The notes beneath the pieces were generated by a model that was given only the letters and a program-made list of their open reading frames with translations, was not told the DNA's origin and did not search any database. A program made the position numbers and the translations under genes. DNA of 63,761 nucleotides, counting the filler, from Octopus bimaculoides (taxonomy: Eukaryota), in the NCBI RefSeq assembly GCF_001194135.2. It is 7 parts of 7 records of this genome, joined end to end, with 100 filler letters (N's around TTAATTAATTAA, not from the genome) between each part and the next. Parts side by side here need not be neighbours in the genome. Positions count along the whole stretch, not along the records: positions 1 to 14,601 come from NC_069000.1; positions 14,702 to 28,287 come from NC_068991.1; 5 more parts are not named here. The stretch is one strand, 5' to 3'. Shown here in pieces: positions 13,914-26,221 of the stretch (the stretch's first letter is position 1; every line of letters starts with the position of its first letter).

Positions 13914-14645
13914 TATAGATAGAGAGAGAGACAGAGAGAGAGAGAGAGAATGAGAGAATGAGATAAAGGGAGAAAGAGAGAGGGAGAAAGAGAGAGGGAG
14001 AAAGAGAGAGAGGGAGACAGAGGGATAGAGAGACAGAGACAGAAACATGTAAAATGAAATATACTAAGAGAAAAATGAATCTTGAGAAAGGATCAGTATC
14101 CGAAACGTCAAACACTCTGCTCAGCTTTCTTTGCTGGGTTTGATCAATTTCTTTATATTCCTGTTTGTTTTGTTGGTTTTGCTTTGATTCGTTTCTGAAG
14201 TCTTTTTGGGTAAAGCAACAAAGTTCGTTTAAGGTATCGATGAAATACTTTCATAGTGGAAGGTTTTTTAGTTCGGCCCACCAACATTGTTTGGTAACAG
14301 CAGGATAAAGAGACAGAAACAGAAAAAAAAACACTACCACCATCACTTCTACAACAAAAAGTAGTAGTAGTCGCAGTAGTAGTCGTTGATACTGTAGTTG
14401 TAACCGGTGTCGTAAAAAAAGAGAAAGAAAGGAGAGGATAATGACTGTGGTGCTGGTAGTGAAACTGAAGAATAAGTACAACAAAAAGTAGCAAAGAATC
14501 CATTTTAGTCATGTTGTGTTAAAGAAAATGTGTGTGTGCGTGTGTACATATATATATACATATGTATACACATATACATATATGTATATATATATATATA
14601 TNNNNNNNNNNNNNNNNNNNNNNNNNNNNNNNNNNNNNNNNNNNN

Positions 14646-14657
14646 TTAATTAATTAA
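14646..14657. other. Artificial assembly linker TTAATTAATTAA in N gap
   Basis: Identical palindromic 12-mer with stops in all six frames centred in about 100 nt N runs; also at 28332, 36718, 47345, 54310 and 61721. Confidence 0.92.
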
Positions 14658-14701
14658 NNNNNNNNNNNNNNNNNNNNNNNNNNNNNNNNNNNNNNNNNNN
14701 N

Positions 14702-14890
14702 CGGTTGAATGGACGTCAGTCATTGGTTGAAATTACAGAAATACGACAACTTTAACATGAAATAAGTTGCAATATAATAATTTTTCTTAAGAAGACTAAG
14801 AGAAAAAGCTGTTTTATATGACACATTCTACCAGTGTCCCAAGTTTCAAAGTGTTTCGTTAAGAAAATACTGGCGCCCCCGTTTTGAACT
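14702..14890. mobile_element. Non-autonomous DNA-transposon-like repeat fragment
   Basis: ATATGACACATTCTACCAGTGTCCCAAGTTTCAAAGTGTTTCGTTA block resembles an abundant mollusc MITE; recognised by recall only, truncated by a gap. Confidence 0.4.
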
Positions 14891-17780
14891 AGATCCAAGA
14901 ATAAAGTTAATTAGCTAAGTGATAAAGTTAAATATACCGAAGAAAATTAGACAGATTTATTGATTACTACGTTAGTGTAGAGACCGTAAACAAAAAAAAA
15001 AAACGGTCACATCTCAAAAAATCTCCAAATAAAATTATGATTTACAAATTTAGTGATTACTATTAAATGAAGTAGCAAGCAAGAACACTAAATAATATCA
15101 CAATATATATTTTAAAAAAAAACAGACAATATATATAAAGCTAGTTATATTATAAGAGAAAGATATTATGCCTTGACAAACTGGCGATAAATACTATTTT
15201 CATATTGATGGTCAAGGGGAGGTAAATCTAGCTCTTTCATAAATATGAGTATATAGAGATTTCAAATTGACTCAGTTTATTTTTAAAAATCATTTATCTA
15301 TAGAATAAGTGTTAATTATTAAATGTGTGTTAAATTGGTAAACAATAACGTAAAGACTCATTACAGAATTGGCAAGGCTACGACCTATTTATGAGTTATA
15401 GCTATTTCTTTTGCCATCCCTCCCACCTGAAGTCAATAAAGGTACTGAGGTTATTTAGTGGAGTCGGTTCAGCTCATCGCATGCCCTTACATTGTTATTA
15501 ATTTCTGCTAATGTAAGAAATCGGTAATTAATTATATCAAGACAATGTATATCAAGAATAATCGGGGAACGGGCTAAATGACTTGACTCAGTAAATTCTG
15601 GGCTCAAATCCACGGACGTCGGTGGTGCCTTATATCCATCTCGGATTAATAAAATAAGTACCTGGTAAGTAATGGGACTATTTTAATATAAAGTACAGAT
15701 GGGGTAATGTAGTCCTCCATATAGTACATCAGAAAAAGTGGAATGGTTGTAGCTGGAATACTTTGATCATAGATCTGCTCAATGTAGGCTGACATGAGAG
15801 TTAATCAACAGCATCTACAATATAATTCTTGTGGACTTTTTCTTTTTTGGTGGGGGGACAATAAATTCAATAACATTTCCACAAACAAGTCCTTTGGAGG
15901 ATAAGGCCTTGAAGGTTTGGGAATGTTAACTGATTTAGGGACATTGTTGTTCACATCAAAACATAAATAAATATTGAGGAATACGAAAAGTCATTGGTAA
16001 AAAGGATTACTCTCTAGCACTGTAGTGCCTTCAACAAAATATGTCTCAAACAAAAGTTCTTCCATATATCTCATATATATATATGTATTGATATAGTCCA
16101 TCATTATTATTGCTATGTTACTTAAACGTTCGTGCTAGGCTATTACGAAACAGACACGAGATGATAAACTCAACCATTTCATAAAATATTTTGGCTGTTC
16201 CCAAAATGGCATTAACGGTAAAAGAATAGTTAAAAATGGTCATAATGAGGTGCATTTGATCATGTTTAATAGCGAGCTATTTTTCTTTGGTAGCTATATA
16301 TAGAGAAAAACGTAGAAAGAGGAAGTCTTCAATGTATAACAAAGTGAAGAGGAGAAAAGTGGAAAACTGGGAGTGCTAGATGGAAAGCGGGAAAATTATT
16401 TTTAAAAGCATATTGCATCGTAGAATGTGTTATTATACAGGAAAATGAGATCGGGGATGTCAATTTGCGAGTTAAAACTGAAAGGAAAATGAAATTGTGA
16501 TTGCTCCTGATTCTACTACATAGAAATGAGCATGGAAAGATTAACAGTCTAAAATATCAAAGAGTGTATTATTAAGGAAAGGTATAGTGAGATCAGTTGT
16601 GAATGTAATGGGCTGAGACAGAAAAGAGAAATGGAGAGAGCGTATTATTGTTCCTGGTAAAATTTAAGTATGGAACCATTCAGTCAGGTAGTAGTATGAT
16701 CTCGCAGCGATTTAGGAGATACTTGTCTATACGGCGACATTCAGGAAAGAACTCTGATCTGGCATTTTAGTGGTTTGCAAATGTTTTGTCCCAGTATGTG
16801 CAAATATGTGAGTGCGCAAGTGTGTATGAGTGTGTATATATGCATGTATATATATATATATATNNNNNNNNNNNNNNNNNNNNNNNNNNNNNNNNNNNNN
16901 NNNNNNNNNNNNNNNNNNNNNNNNNNNNNNNNNNNNNNNNNNNNNNNNNNNNNNNNNNNNNNNNNNNNNNNNNNNNNNNNNNNNNNNNNNNNNNNNNNNN
17001 NNNNNNNNNNNNNNNNNNNNNNNNATGTAATGGGGGAGAGGCAATGGTAGAAATATAATTATTGTTGAGACTTCTTATGATAATACAATCCTTTTTCTTT
17101 TTACAAAAGAATGAAATGGAAAGTGTGGTTTGACTTGGTTCCAGTAGAGCATTAGTATTAATCAAATGAAAGCTTGAGACACGAAATCAACTCTGCTCAT
17201 AAAACAACGAAATAAATGTTTTATAGCGTGCAGGGTGTCTGCTAGTTAATCACTGCAAAGTCAATAATCATTCAGAAAACAATAGTATTACTTTATCGAT
17301 AATGAGCAGTACAACCAGCTGAATTATTGGCAGTTCAAATACAATCTCGGCACCATTACACTTCTGTCCAATACTATTAATTCTCTAGAACCTAGTCAAC
17401 CTTTTCAAAAATAGGTAGAACAGGTGAAGTCTCTACCTTGTCATTCGATCTGTAGAATTCTTTTTCCCATCATTTTCTTTTGTCTTTTAATAATTTAAAA
17501 TTGAAGGACGGGATCGTTGACGTTGGAACATCTTTGAGATCCAATTTATCAGAGTTGATCTGGAATTAAACAAGATAGAATAAGACACTGATGTAAGTAT
17601 TGATAGACCTATGAAGTTTAGGAATCTTTCATTTAGTTTGCCATGATGTGTTTGTTTTTATTCTGAAATTTGTCCATGGCAAAAATTCAAAGGTAAAAAT
17701 AACGGTCATACTGCAAAAATACATTTTGCAAGTACAAGAAAAACATCTTTCTTGCTGTTCTTGTTACTATTATTATCAAT

Positions 17781-18345
17781 AAGGCGGCGAGCTGGCAGAA
17801 TCGTTAGCATACCGAGAAAAATGCTTAGCGGCATTTCGTCCATCCTTACGTTTCGAGTTCAAATTCCACCGAGTTCGACTTTGCTTTTCATCCTTTCGGG
17901 GTCAATAAATTAAGTACCAGTGAAACACAGATCGATGTAATCGACTAGTCCCCTTCCCAAAAATTTCAGGTCTTGTGCCTATAATAGAAATTATTATTAT
18001 CATTATTATCATTGTTGTTGTTTTACGTTCAGAGTTCAAGTTTTGCCGAGGTTGGCTTTGCCTTTCATCGTTTCGAGATCGATAGAATAAGTTACCAATT
18101 AAGCAATGAGGTTGATGTAATCGATTTACCACCTCCCACTAACTTTCTGGCCTTTAGCCAAAATCTGAAGCCTTTATTGTTGTTGTTATTCATTATTGTT
18201 AGAGAGGCGAACTGGCAGAAATGTTAGCACGCTGAAGAAAAGCGCATAGCGGCCGAGGTCGACCTTGCCTTTCAACCTTTCAGGGTCGATGAATTAAGCA
18301 CCAGTTGCGTACTGAGGTCGATCTAATCGATTGGCTCTCCTCCCC
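17781..18345 (+). mobile_element. Three tandem SINE family A copies (one full, two partial)
   Basis: Full copy from 17781 with (ATT)n tail; partial copies at about 18020-18170 and 18203-18345. Confidence 0.9.
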
Positions 18346-18621
18346 CGTCAATTTATTCTGAATTACGTTCTTCATCTTTGCAATCTTTTTTCTATCTCTA
18401 CACTTTTTGTGTATTGTTCCCTTTTGGTGTCACTCTCTGTTTTCTTGATTCGCCAATCTCTTTTTCTGTTACTTATATTCCTTTCTCTGTATGTCTCTCA
18501 TTCTTTCTTCCATTTTCCTTTTTCTTCTGTACTCTCTCCTGCTTGCTAGATAATGGTAACGGTCTCTGCATTCGCTCCTCACTTATATTTGTTGACATTT
18601 TTTCTCTGCTCGTTCGTTTTT

Positions 18622-19150
18622 TCATGTTTTTCCACTCTGCGTCTCCTCCCCACTTGCCTTTCTTTTCTTCCTAGGACTCTTTGGTGGTAAGTCTGTGTTA
18701 CTTTTCTTCCTCTTTACCACTGTATACTGTTCTTCCATTTTTTCCTCCTCTACGGTTAAAACCTCTCCTTTTTGATGTTCCTTCTCTATCTCCTCCTCTT
18801 CGTGTTTCTGGGGACACTTAGCTTTCATGTGCCCCCTTACTCCACATAGATAGCATACGGGAGGTCTTCCTTCCACCACAATTCTCAACCTCGTCTCTTC
18901 CGGTAGTACCAATTCTTCTGCAATTTTGTGGAGGTCTGGTAAGCTTATATGAACCGATACCTCTAGTCCATATTCACTCACGAAGCGTACCTCCACTGTG
19001 CCGTATTTCTTTCCTCTGGTGTAGAATGTCGTTAGCTCTTTAACTTCTTTTAAGCATTCTTCAACCGCCTCCACTGCTGCTATTTCCACTCTTTTGTTGT
19101 AAGGGACAGCGTTCTATATATAATCGTTTCTTTCTCTGTCTTTTTTTTTC
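18622..19150 (-). pseudogene. ORF1/gag-like protein copy 2 with in-frame internal deletion
   Basis: TEKETIIYRT...TVEVRFVSE joined directly to YGLEV...CYLCGVRGHMKAKC. Confidence 0.75.
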
Positions 19151-19160
19151 TTCTGTCTTT

Positions 19161-20009
19161 TCATTTTTTTCTCTTCTCATTTGTATTTTCTTGTTTTCCA
19201 CTCTGTGTCTCCTCTCCACTTGCCTTTTTTTTCTTCCTCGGACTTTTCAGTGGTGAGTCTGTCTTCTTTCTTTTTACCACTGTGTATTGCTTCTCTATTG
19301 TCTCCTCCTCCACGGTTTCACCCTCTTCTTCCTGATATTCCTTCCCCGTCTCCTCCTCTTCATGTTTCTGGGGACACTTAGCATTCGTGTGTCCCCTTAT
19401 TCCACAAAGAAAACATACAGGCGGTCTTCCTTCTACCACTATTCTCAACCTTGCTTCGTCTGGCAGTATCAGTTCTTCCGCAATCTTGTGGAGGTCTGGC
19501 AAGCTTATATGGACCAAAACCTCTAGTCCATACCTCCAGGCTGATATGGACCGACACTTCCAGTCCATATCCCCACAGTTCACCTCCGTCGTTCTCGATA
19601 TCTTCAATACCTGAGTGTCTTCCTCTGTGTTATAGAGGATGGCTGCCACCAGCCACACCTCATCAATTTCTGGGGGCACTCTACCTATTCTAACTCTGGC
19701 CGCACGTTTGCCACAGTAAGTAGGTAGCAGTGCCCACTCGGCTGATCTCAAAGGCAAAGTGGAGTATTTCCTCGCTTCTTCTTCGCTTACGAAGCGTACC
19801 TCTACTGTGTCGTATTTCCTTCCTCTGGTGTAATATGTCGTAATATCCTTTATCTCTCGTAAACATTCCTCTACCGCTTCCTCCGCTGTTACTTTAATTT
19901 TTTTTGTTGCCACATTCAACGTTCTATAAATAATTGTCCTTTTTTCTGTTTTTTCAAGTATTTCTTTAGGGGGCGTCAACCTCAGGCTGTCCCCCTCCTT
20001 CTTAAACAA
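19161..20009 (-). pseudogene. ORF1/gag-like protein copy 1 (RRM-like plus CCHC)
   Basis: 282 aa ORF in the track; a small frame-restoring indel is inferred around NCGDMDWKCRSISAWRYGLE. Confidence 0.75.
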
Positions 20010-20499
20010 ACCGTTATATTTTTTTTAATTCTTCTCCTTTAATTCGATTTCTTGGACCTACAGTACCTCTTCTGACAGGCCTTTGTCAGTCACCGCAGCG
20101 TAAATGCCCGCTTGTCTACTTTCCATGGCGGTATTATTCATAACTTCACCCATAAATGAGGAAGAAAAAATAAAAGCCAGTTAACAACAATTTCAACAAT
20201 TCCAGTTAATAACAGTTCATCATTTCAGTAAATTAACAATACAATGCAACAAAACTCACATGGAGCGAACACACTTCTAACACAGCTCGGAATCAAATGA
20301 TTCGAAAAGCAACTCTAACGACAACGACGACGTCCTCTCAACGATTAGCCGGAGATGATTTTTAAAATGAGAGTATCTAAAATAAACTCGACTACTCTCA
20401 CAAACAAGAATACTAAAAATGAACCCGATCACTCTTAAAAATTAAGTAAAAAAAAGACGAAAAACTAATCCAGAATCCTTGTCCGGTACCTGATCGATC

Positions 20500-20830
20500 C
20501 CAATGGTAGTCATGGAATGTGAAGGTGGGTGTGCAGGCCGTGTTTGTAATGTTGTGTGTGTGTCGTCTGCAGTCAGAACAGGGACAGTTTTCTCTATGAT
20601 GGCCTTTTTTTTTACTCCATCCACTGATATAGTGTCTTTACGGCCATTAAGGTCTGTAGTGAAAAATGTATCCGTGCGTGAAAGAAAGCGGAAAGAACCT
20701 GCATACGGTGCTGTTAACAGAGTACAACATTGTTGTACAAAGTACAACATCGTTACGCACAAAAACGTGAGTCCAAGAAGTAAAGTTTCCTTCAAGGCAA
20801 AGCTAGAAATGTAATTGTCAAGTAGGTAAG
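20500..20830 (-). mobile_element. Ty3/Gypsy pol C-terminal (post-integrase GPY/F module) fragment
   Basis: WTHVFVRND (alternative frame) then LLTAPYAGSFRFLSRTDTFFTTDLNGRKDTISVDGVK, matching the Gypsy consensus HVFVR.D....L..PYDGP..VL.R....F..D.NGR...VS.DRLKP. Confidence 0.8.
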
Positions 20831-21156
20831 AGGTTTTAAACAGGAGTGATATCTTCAAAATTGGCAAAAATAAAAATTGTCGAAGATAAAATAAATTTAT
20901 TATTGTTACTAAATATGTTAGTGATATATAATTTCTGAACGGTTTTGCTGTAGTTTGATTTCTTTATCCATCAGTTTCTAATAAGATAGAGATGCGAGTA
21001 AAATAATAATAGAAAAATAAATATAAAACTTTGGAAACAGCAACGCCGCTAAAACTTACGTGGAAACTATGAGCCTGCTTTCAAGGGAGATAATCAGATA
21101 ACGACTTGAAAGTTAACGTAAGATCGTAATACTTCGTGTAAAGTAAATATAACAAA

Positions 21157-21319
21157 TAATCCAGAATCCTTGTCCGGTACTGGATCGATTCCCAAATCTA
21201 ATCAGTTCGTGCTAATCACGAGGTCAAACATCCCTGAAAGTTTCATCCAAATCCACGGACAAAACAAGCAAACAAACACGACTGAAAAACAATACCTCCA
21301 CCTTCGTTAAGGCGGAGCG

Positions 21320-21322
<3 letters not shown>
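21157..21322 (+). mobile_element. Helentron/HINE-like non-autonomous repeat, 3' part
   Basis: ATCCAGAATCC..TCCGG, AAATCTAATCAGTT, AAAGTTTCATCCAAATCC, (AAAC)n, terminal hairpin CTCCACCTTCGTTAAGGCGGAG (21296-21317), followed by (TAA)n. Confidence 0.55.
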
Positions 21323-21384
<62 letters not shown>

Positions 21385-21632
21385 CTTGATCGGGTTATCA
21401 ATACTGTCCAGGGAATATGCACTAAGAGCAAGGATAATAGGGCAATTAACAACTATCGGCAACAACACAAATGAAAATGAAGATGAAAATAAAAACAAGA
21501 GTTTTTTACTCAAACCCCAAACTAATTATGGTGACAGGAAGCATAACGTACACATAGGGAAAAACAGGAATAAACGTGATGCAACACCCTTCAATTACAT
21601 AATAGATACTAATATAAGTAGAATAGTATTCA

Positions 21633-22815
21633 TCAGGCTGAGTAAGAAGTAAGCAATGTTTTGAAACATGAAATTCATCACAATATATTTCAACAATGCG
21701 GGAAGTTTATTCATCAAAGTAAGTACTATTACAATCAATACATTTTTGCCATTGAATTACAAGTTTGTTTATTCCAGTAACATAAAAATATGGAGTTCTG
21801 GAGCTGACGAACTCTTTGAACGCACTTTCAGCATCGGTTTGATTTTTGAACTCCTTCTCTTGCAGGAAACCATCAAGGTGCTTGAAAAAGTTGTAACCAA
21901 TGGGAGACAGGTCTGGGTAGGCAAGAACTTCGTAGTGAAGTTCCTTCAACTTCTGAAGCGTCATTAGTAAAGCGTGTGATCGAGCATTGTCATGAAGAAT
22001 GATTGGCTCTCTTCTGTTGACCAATCTGGGACGGAGGAGTAGCAGTTCTTAGTTCATTTTGGTAATTTCATAGCAATATGTTTTCTCCAGTAATGGTTTT
22101 TCCGGATTTTAAGAAGTTATACTGAATGAGTCCAGCCGTACACCACCAAACTGTCACCAGAACCTTCTTTTTGAAGAGCTCGGGTTTTGAGAAGGTTTTC
22201 GGTGCTTCATTTTGGTCCAACCACTGCGAAGAACGTTTTTTATTATCCACTTTTTACAGAATCCACTTTTCATGGCAAGTTACAATACGGTCGAGAAATG
22301 GATTGGTCTGGTTCCGAAGAAGAAGCGACGAACAAATTTCACATCTGCGCATTTTCTGATTTTCATTCAAATCGTGTGGCACCCATTTGTCGAGCGTTTT
22401 TGAGTTTCCTATCGCATGCAAATAGTTGCAGGCAGTTTTCAGGCTAACTTGAATTTGTTTTGTCAGTTCTCGAGTGGTTTTATGGGGATCTTTCTCAATG
22501 CCGGTCTTTAATTGACCGTCATCGATGACAGATGGGCGTTCATTACTTTGACGATTTTCAAGGCGTCCACTGCAAAATCGTTTAAACCATTTTCGAGCTG
22601 ACCACTCACTGGTCATTTCCTCATCAAACGCTTTGTTGATATGGTGAACAGTTTCGGCTGCTTTACGTCCTTTTCTGAAGTTGAATAGCAAAATTGCTCG
22701 AATATCGCGCATTGACGGTTCCATTTCAGATGCTTGTAACAAACATTTAATGCAAATGCGATGAACAACACGTTACAAATTAAATATTTTTGAAAACCAA
22801 ACATTTTGTTGACCG
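21633..22815 (-). mobile_element. Near full-length mariner (Hsmar1/cecropia-like) fossil
   Basis: IRAILLFNFRKGRKAAET, ARKWFKRF, KWVPHDL, FLDRIVTCHEKWIL, KVLVTVWW, LHDNARSH, YPDLSPIGYNFFKHL, WQKCIDCNSTYFDE, in three frames. Confidence 0.93.
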
Positions 22816-23095
22816 CTCGCTGTTGGTATTGTTGCGTACAGTATCAGTCTCGGTTGAGATAGTAGTGATAAGAGGAATATTGATATTATTATTATTATTA
22901 TTGTTTTTCCTACTGCGATTTTTATCAGGAGCGGTGCTGCCAAGGGTATTATTACTACTCCGGGTGATGGATAAGTGTTTCTTATTCAGGCCAGCTATGA
23001 CTGTACCTAGATTGGGGAGTGCTGAGTAGGAGACCCAAACGTTTCTACGGGAGAGTAAACTTGTGTGAGGAGGTGAATTGCTTTAGTATATACTA

Positions 23096-23140
23096 TCAGG
23101 TCGAGTAAAAAGTAAGCAGCGTTTTGAACCATGAAGAATT
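23096..23140. repeat. Isolated mariner-like terminal repeat
   Basis: TCAGGTCGAGTAAAAAGTAAGCAGCGTTTTGAACCATGAA resembles the terminus at 21633 (TCAGGCTGAGTAAGAAGTAAGCAATGTTTTGAAACATGAA) and is preceded by TA. Confidence 0.6.
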
Positions 23141-23599
23141 TGTACCGGATTTTTGCAGAGTTTTGATTTTTTTGAAACAATTTTTAGCGATTGTCTGATA
23201 ATACAGACATAGAATTACTCAAAGGCATCAATAAATTAACATTGATATTTTTCACTGTTGTTTGGTGAACGACAGTGTAATCGATATTATTAATCGTTAC
23301 TACATATTGGTCATCCATATCTAAGTCGAACTTTTACTGCCACAAACTCTTCGCCTGGATTTAAATTCTAGAACACAACAGGCAAAATGCCAATTTTATT
23401 CTCGTCTTGCCTTCCGTATAACGCCTGTACAACCAACAATAACAATAACACAGAGAAGAAAATCAAAAAAATAACCGTTTTAAACAGTTGCAACAAGAAT
23501 TACAAAACCGAGGCAACTAAGTATATAATAAATAAATATGATGATAGATGCACCAATAATGTGTAATACATCAGTAGCAACAGAGCAGATTATACCAAA

Positions 23600-24330
23600 C
23601 ATAGTCATCATCATCATCATCGTCATCATCATCACCACCACCACCACTATCGTCAGGGTCATTATCATCTTCATTAACCATCATATTTATTGCCAAATCT
23701 ACCTTAATCGTCATTATCGCCGTCTTCCCTTTTCTTTCTTCATCTGTTCCTCTTCTTTTCCTCCTCCACCTCTTCCCCGGTCCTTTCTCTACTTCATTTA
23801 CTCTTGCTCTCATGTTCATCTTATTCCATTTTCTTTTTCCCCCCATCGCATTCGTGTTTCTTTATTCCATCGTCAGCATTCTTCTTCTTATTCATCTTCT
23901 TATTCTTCTTCTTATTATTATTATTCATCTTCTTCTTCTTCTTCTTCTTCTTCTTCTTCTTCTTCGTCTTCGTCTTCTTCTTCTTCTTTTTCTTTTTCTT
24001 CTTCTTCTTCTTCTTCTTCTTCTTCTTCTTCTTCTTCTTTTTCTTCTACTTCTTTTTTTCTTTTTCTTCTTCTTCTTTTCTTCTTCTTCTTCTTCTTCTT
24101 CTTCTTCTTCTTCTTCTTCTTCATCATCATCATTATCATCATCACCACCGTTGTTGTCGACGTCCACCTTGTCGTCGTCATCGTCATCATTGTCACGATC
24201 AACTTTTTTCTTCTTTTCTTCTTTGCATCTTCTTCGTTTTCATCTTCTTTCTCGTCATTTTCTTCTTAATCTTCGTCTTCTTCACAACCTTCTTTTTCTT
24301 CAACATCATCTTTTTCATATTCTATCTTTT
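23600..24330. repeat. Compound trinucleotide tract (CAT)n/(CAC)n/(TTC)n
   Basis: Direct inspection; gives poly-S/F/L/E/K ORFs in several frames. Confidence 0.9.
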
Positions 24331-24713
24331 CTTTCTTCATTTCCTTTTTGTCGTTTTCTGTTTTCTCCATCTTATTTATCCTCATCTTTTGTACTTGATA
24401 AGTGACGGCGAATTAGTGAACCGTCAACCAAAAAGAAAAGAAAAAACTATTCAATTCTGACTGACTACACACGTGGCCACGGAGCCATTTATTACAAACA
24501 CACACGCACACATACATGCACGCACACTCATACACACACACACACATGCACACGCGCGCACATGCATGCATAAGCGGACACCATCACACACGGGCACGCA
24601 CACACACACACACACACACACATACACACACACGAATACACATGGACATGCACATATATTGTTTAATAGCGAAAGGCAAACAGTATGTGTGTGGTGGAGT
24701 GTAAAATGGCGTA

Positions 24714-24784
<71 letters not shown>

Positions 24785-25139
24785 AAAAGAATGGGAGTTA
24801 ATAAATAACTAGATAAATAAAAATAAGTAAACAAATCAATAAAGAGATAAATAAAATAACGTTTGAAGAAGCAGGGACAATATGTCGGACTGGTCGTTCG
24901 TTCGGTTATCACCATCTGGTCCGAGTTGGCATAAGACAAGTTAACAACTCTCGGGAGTTTAGCGGCTTTTCAACTGCGTGGATAGCAATACACCACGTTT
25001 ATTTAGCCATCACACATATAGAATAATACATCAGCGAAAATAATGTCTAATCATTCACCTCCACCACTTACACCAGCCATTCACCAGCAACTGACACAAT
25101 CATCATAAAACAACACTATAACCGCCGCCGTGTTATTGC

Positions 25140-25490
25140 TATAACCGACTCTGACACCTCCACCACCACCACCACCAACACGTCCGCTGTCGCTGCCGCC
25201 ACCACCGCCGCCACAGCCGCCACTACCACGTCATCAGCTTCGTCATCGGCGTTCTGTTGTCTTCGTCTCCTGTCGTTGCCGTCGTCGTTCTGTCGTCGTC
25301 GTCATCATCATCGTCATCATCATCATCCAAATCCTCGCAACTGCAACATTCAACATCAACACCATTATCACCATCATCTGTAAAACCATCATCATTATCT
25401 CCTCCTCCTCCACCACCACCACCACCACCACCACCACCTCTACCACTACCATCGCTACTGCTGACAACAACAAAATATAACAACAATAAC
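25140..25490. repeat. Compound (CAC)n/(CGC)n/(GTC)n/(CAT)n tract
   Basis: Direct inspection. Confidence 0.85.
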
Positions 25491-26221
25491 ATTTATGAGC
25501 TAATGAGGGACCTACAACGGGGTCACTAGATCTGCCCAAAATAGCAGCCACGTATCACTCAACTCATACTCTATATACTTTAATAAAGAAAAAAAAAACA
25601 TCCGTCAACAATATCACATCTACATCATCACTTGAGATACTAGCAGTAGCACCTAAATACACATTATGGAGTATTAAATACATGGTGCCTGAATAAGTGA
25701 TCTGATTATCACTCCTTTGTCTGGGACTAAGCAACAACCACAAAATTTAGCTCTGCTAATATTTTTCCCATATTCTTCTTCCTCACCATTCTCATCGTCA
25801 CTGTTATAAATCGTAGGACAACTAATATCCCCACTCTGCCACTGGTACTACCATCAGAATACTTCCATCTGTACCAACATGCAGTTTAAAGCGATTATCC
25901 CTCATCATCGTAACAAACACTCCCACCAACACAGCGTTATCATCACTAGTACCACAACCCCTGTATTCTCTTAAATCACAAAGTTACGTCTTAAGAATGA
26001 AAGGGCATATTAGAGAGTGTCATGTTACATTGTGTACCTGTGTGTGTGTGTGTGTGTTTGTGAACCATAAAAAATCAGGCTATGTAGGAAGTGAATATAT
26101 GTAATTTAACCATGTATCACCCCAAGGGTTACGGCCGTTTCGCAAACTTTTCCGTGTAATATTAACTTCAGTGTGTGGAAGAAATTATGCTAACATGTTT
26201 GCATTAATATGTATGCTCCGC

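Larger units (their letters stand above)
18350..20400 (-). mobile_element. Gag/ORF1-like zinc-knuckle element without polymerase, internally duplicated, degenerate
   Basis: Upstream MGEVMN..GIYAAV (interrupted by stops), RRM-like RTIIYR..TVEVRFVSE..ARVRIGRVPPEI, VVEGRPPVCFLCGIRGHTNAKC (CCHC) and a K/E-rich tail. A second unit at 18622-19150. No endonuclease or RT ORF follows. Confidence 0.75.

Noticed and set aside
16250-16620. Possible CR1-like RT remnant on the minus strand (FSPL..YIEDFL)
   Set aside because: Only one loose motif, with no recognisable QG or YADD; insufficient support.
23538-24460. Poly-Ser/Phe/Leu and antisense poly-Glu/Lys ORFs
   Set aside because: Pure (TTC)n/(CAT)n tracts open in several frames at once, with no synonymous variation or splice signals, unlike the Nopp140 exon.
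24882-24944. Short ORF MSDWSFVRLSP resembling a connexin N-terminus
   Set aside because: It is only 20 codons, has no continuation or splice donor, and connexins are chordate-restricted.
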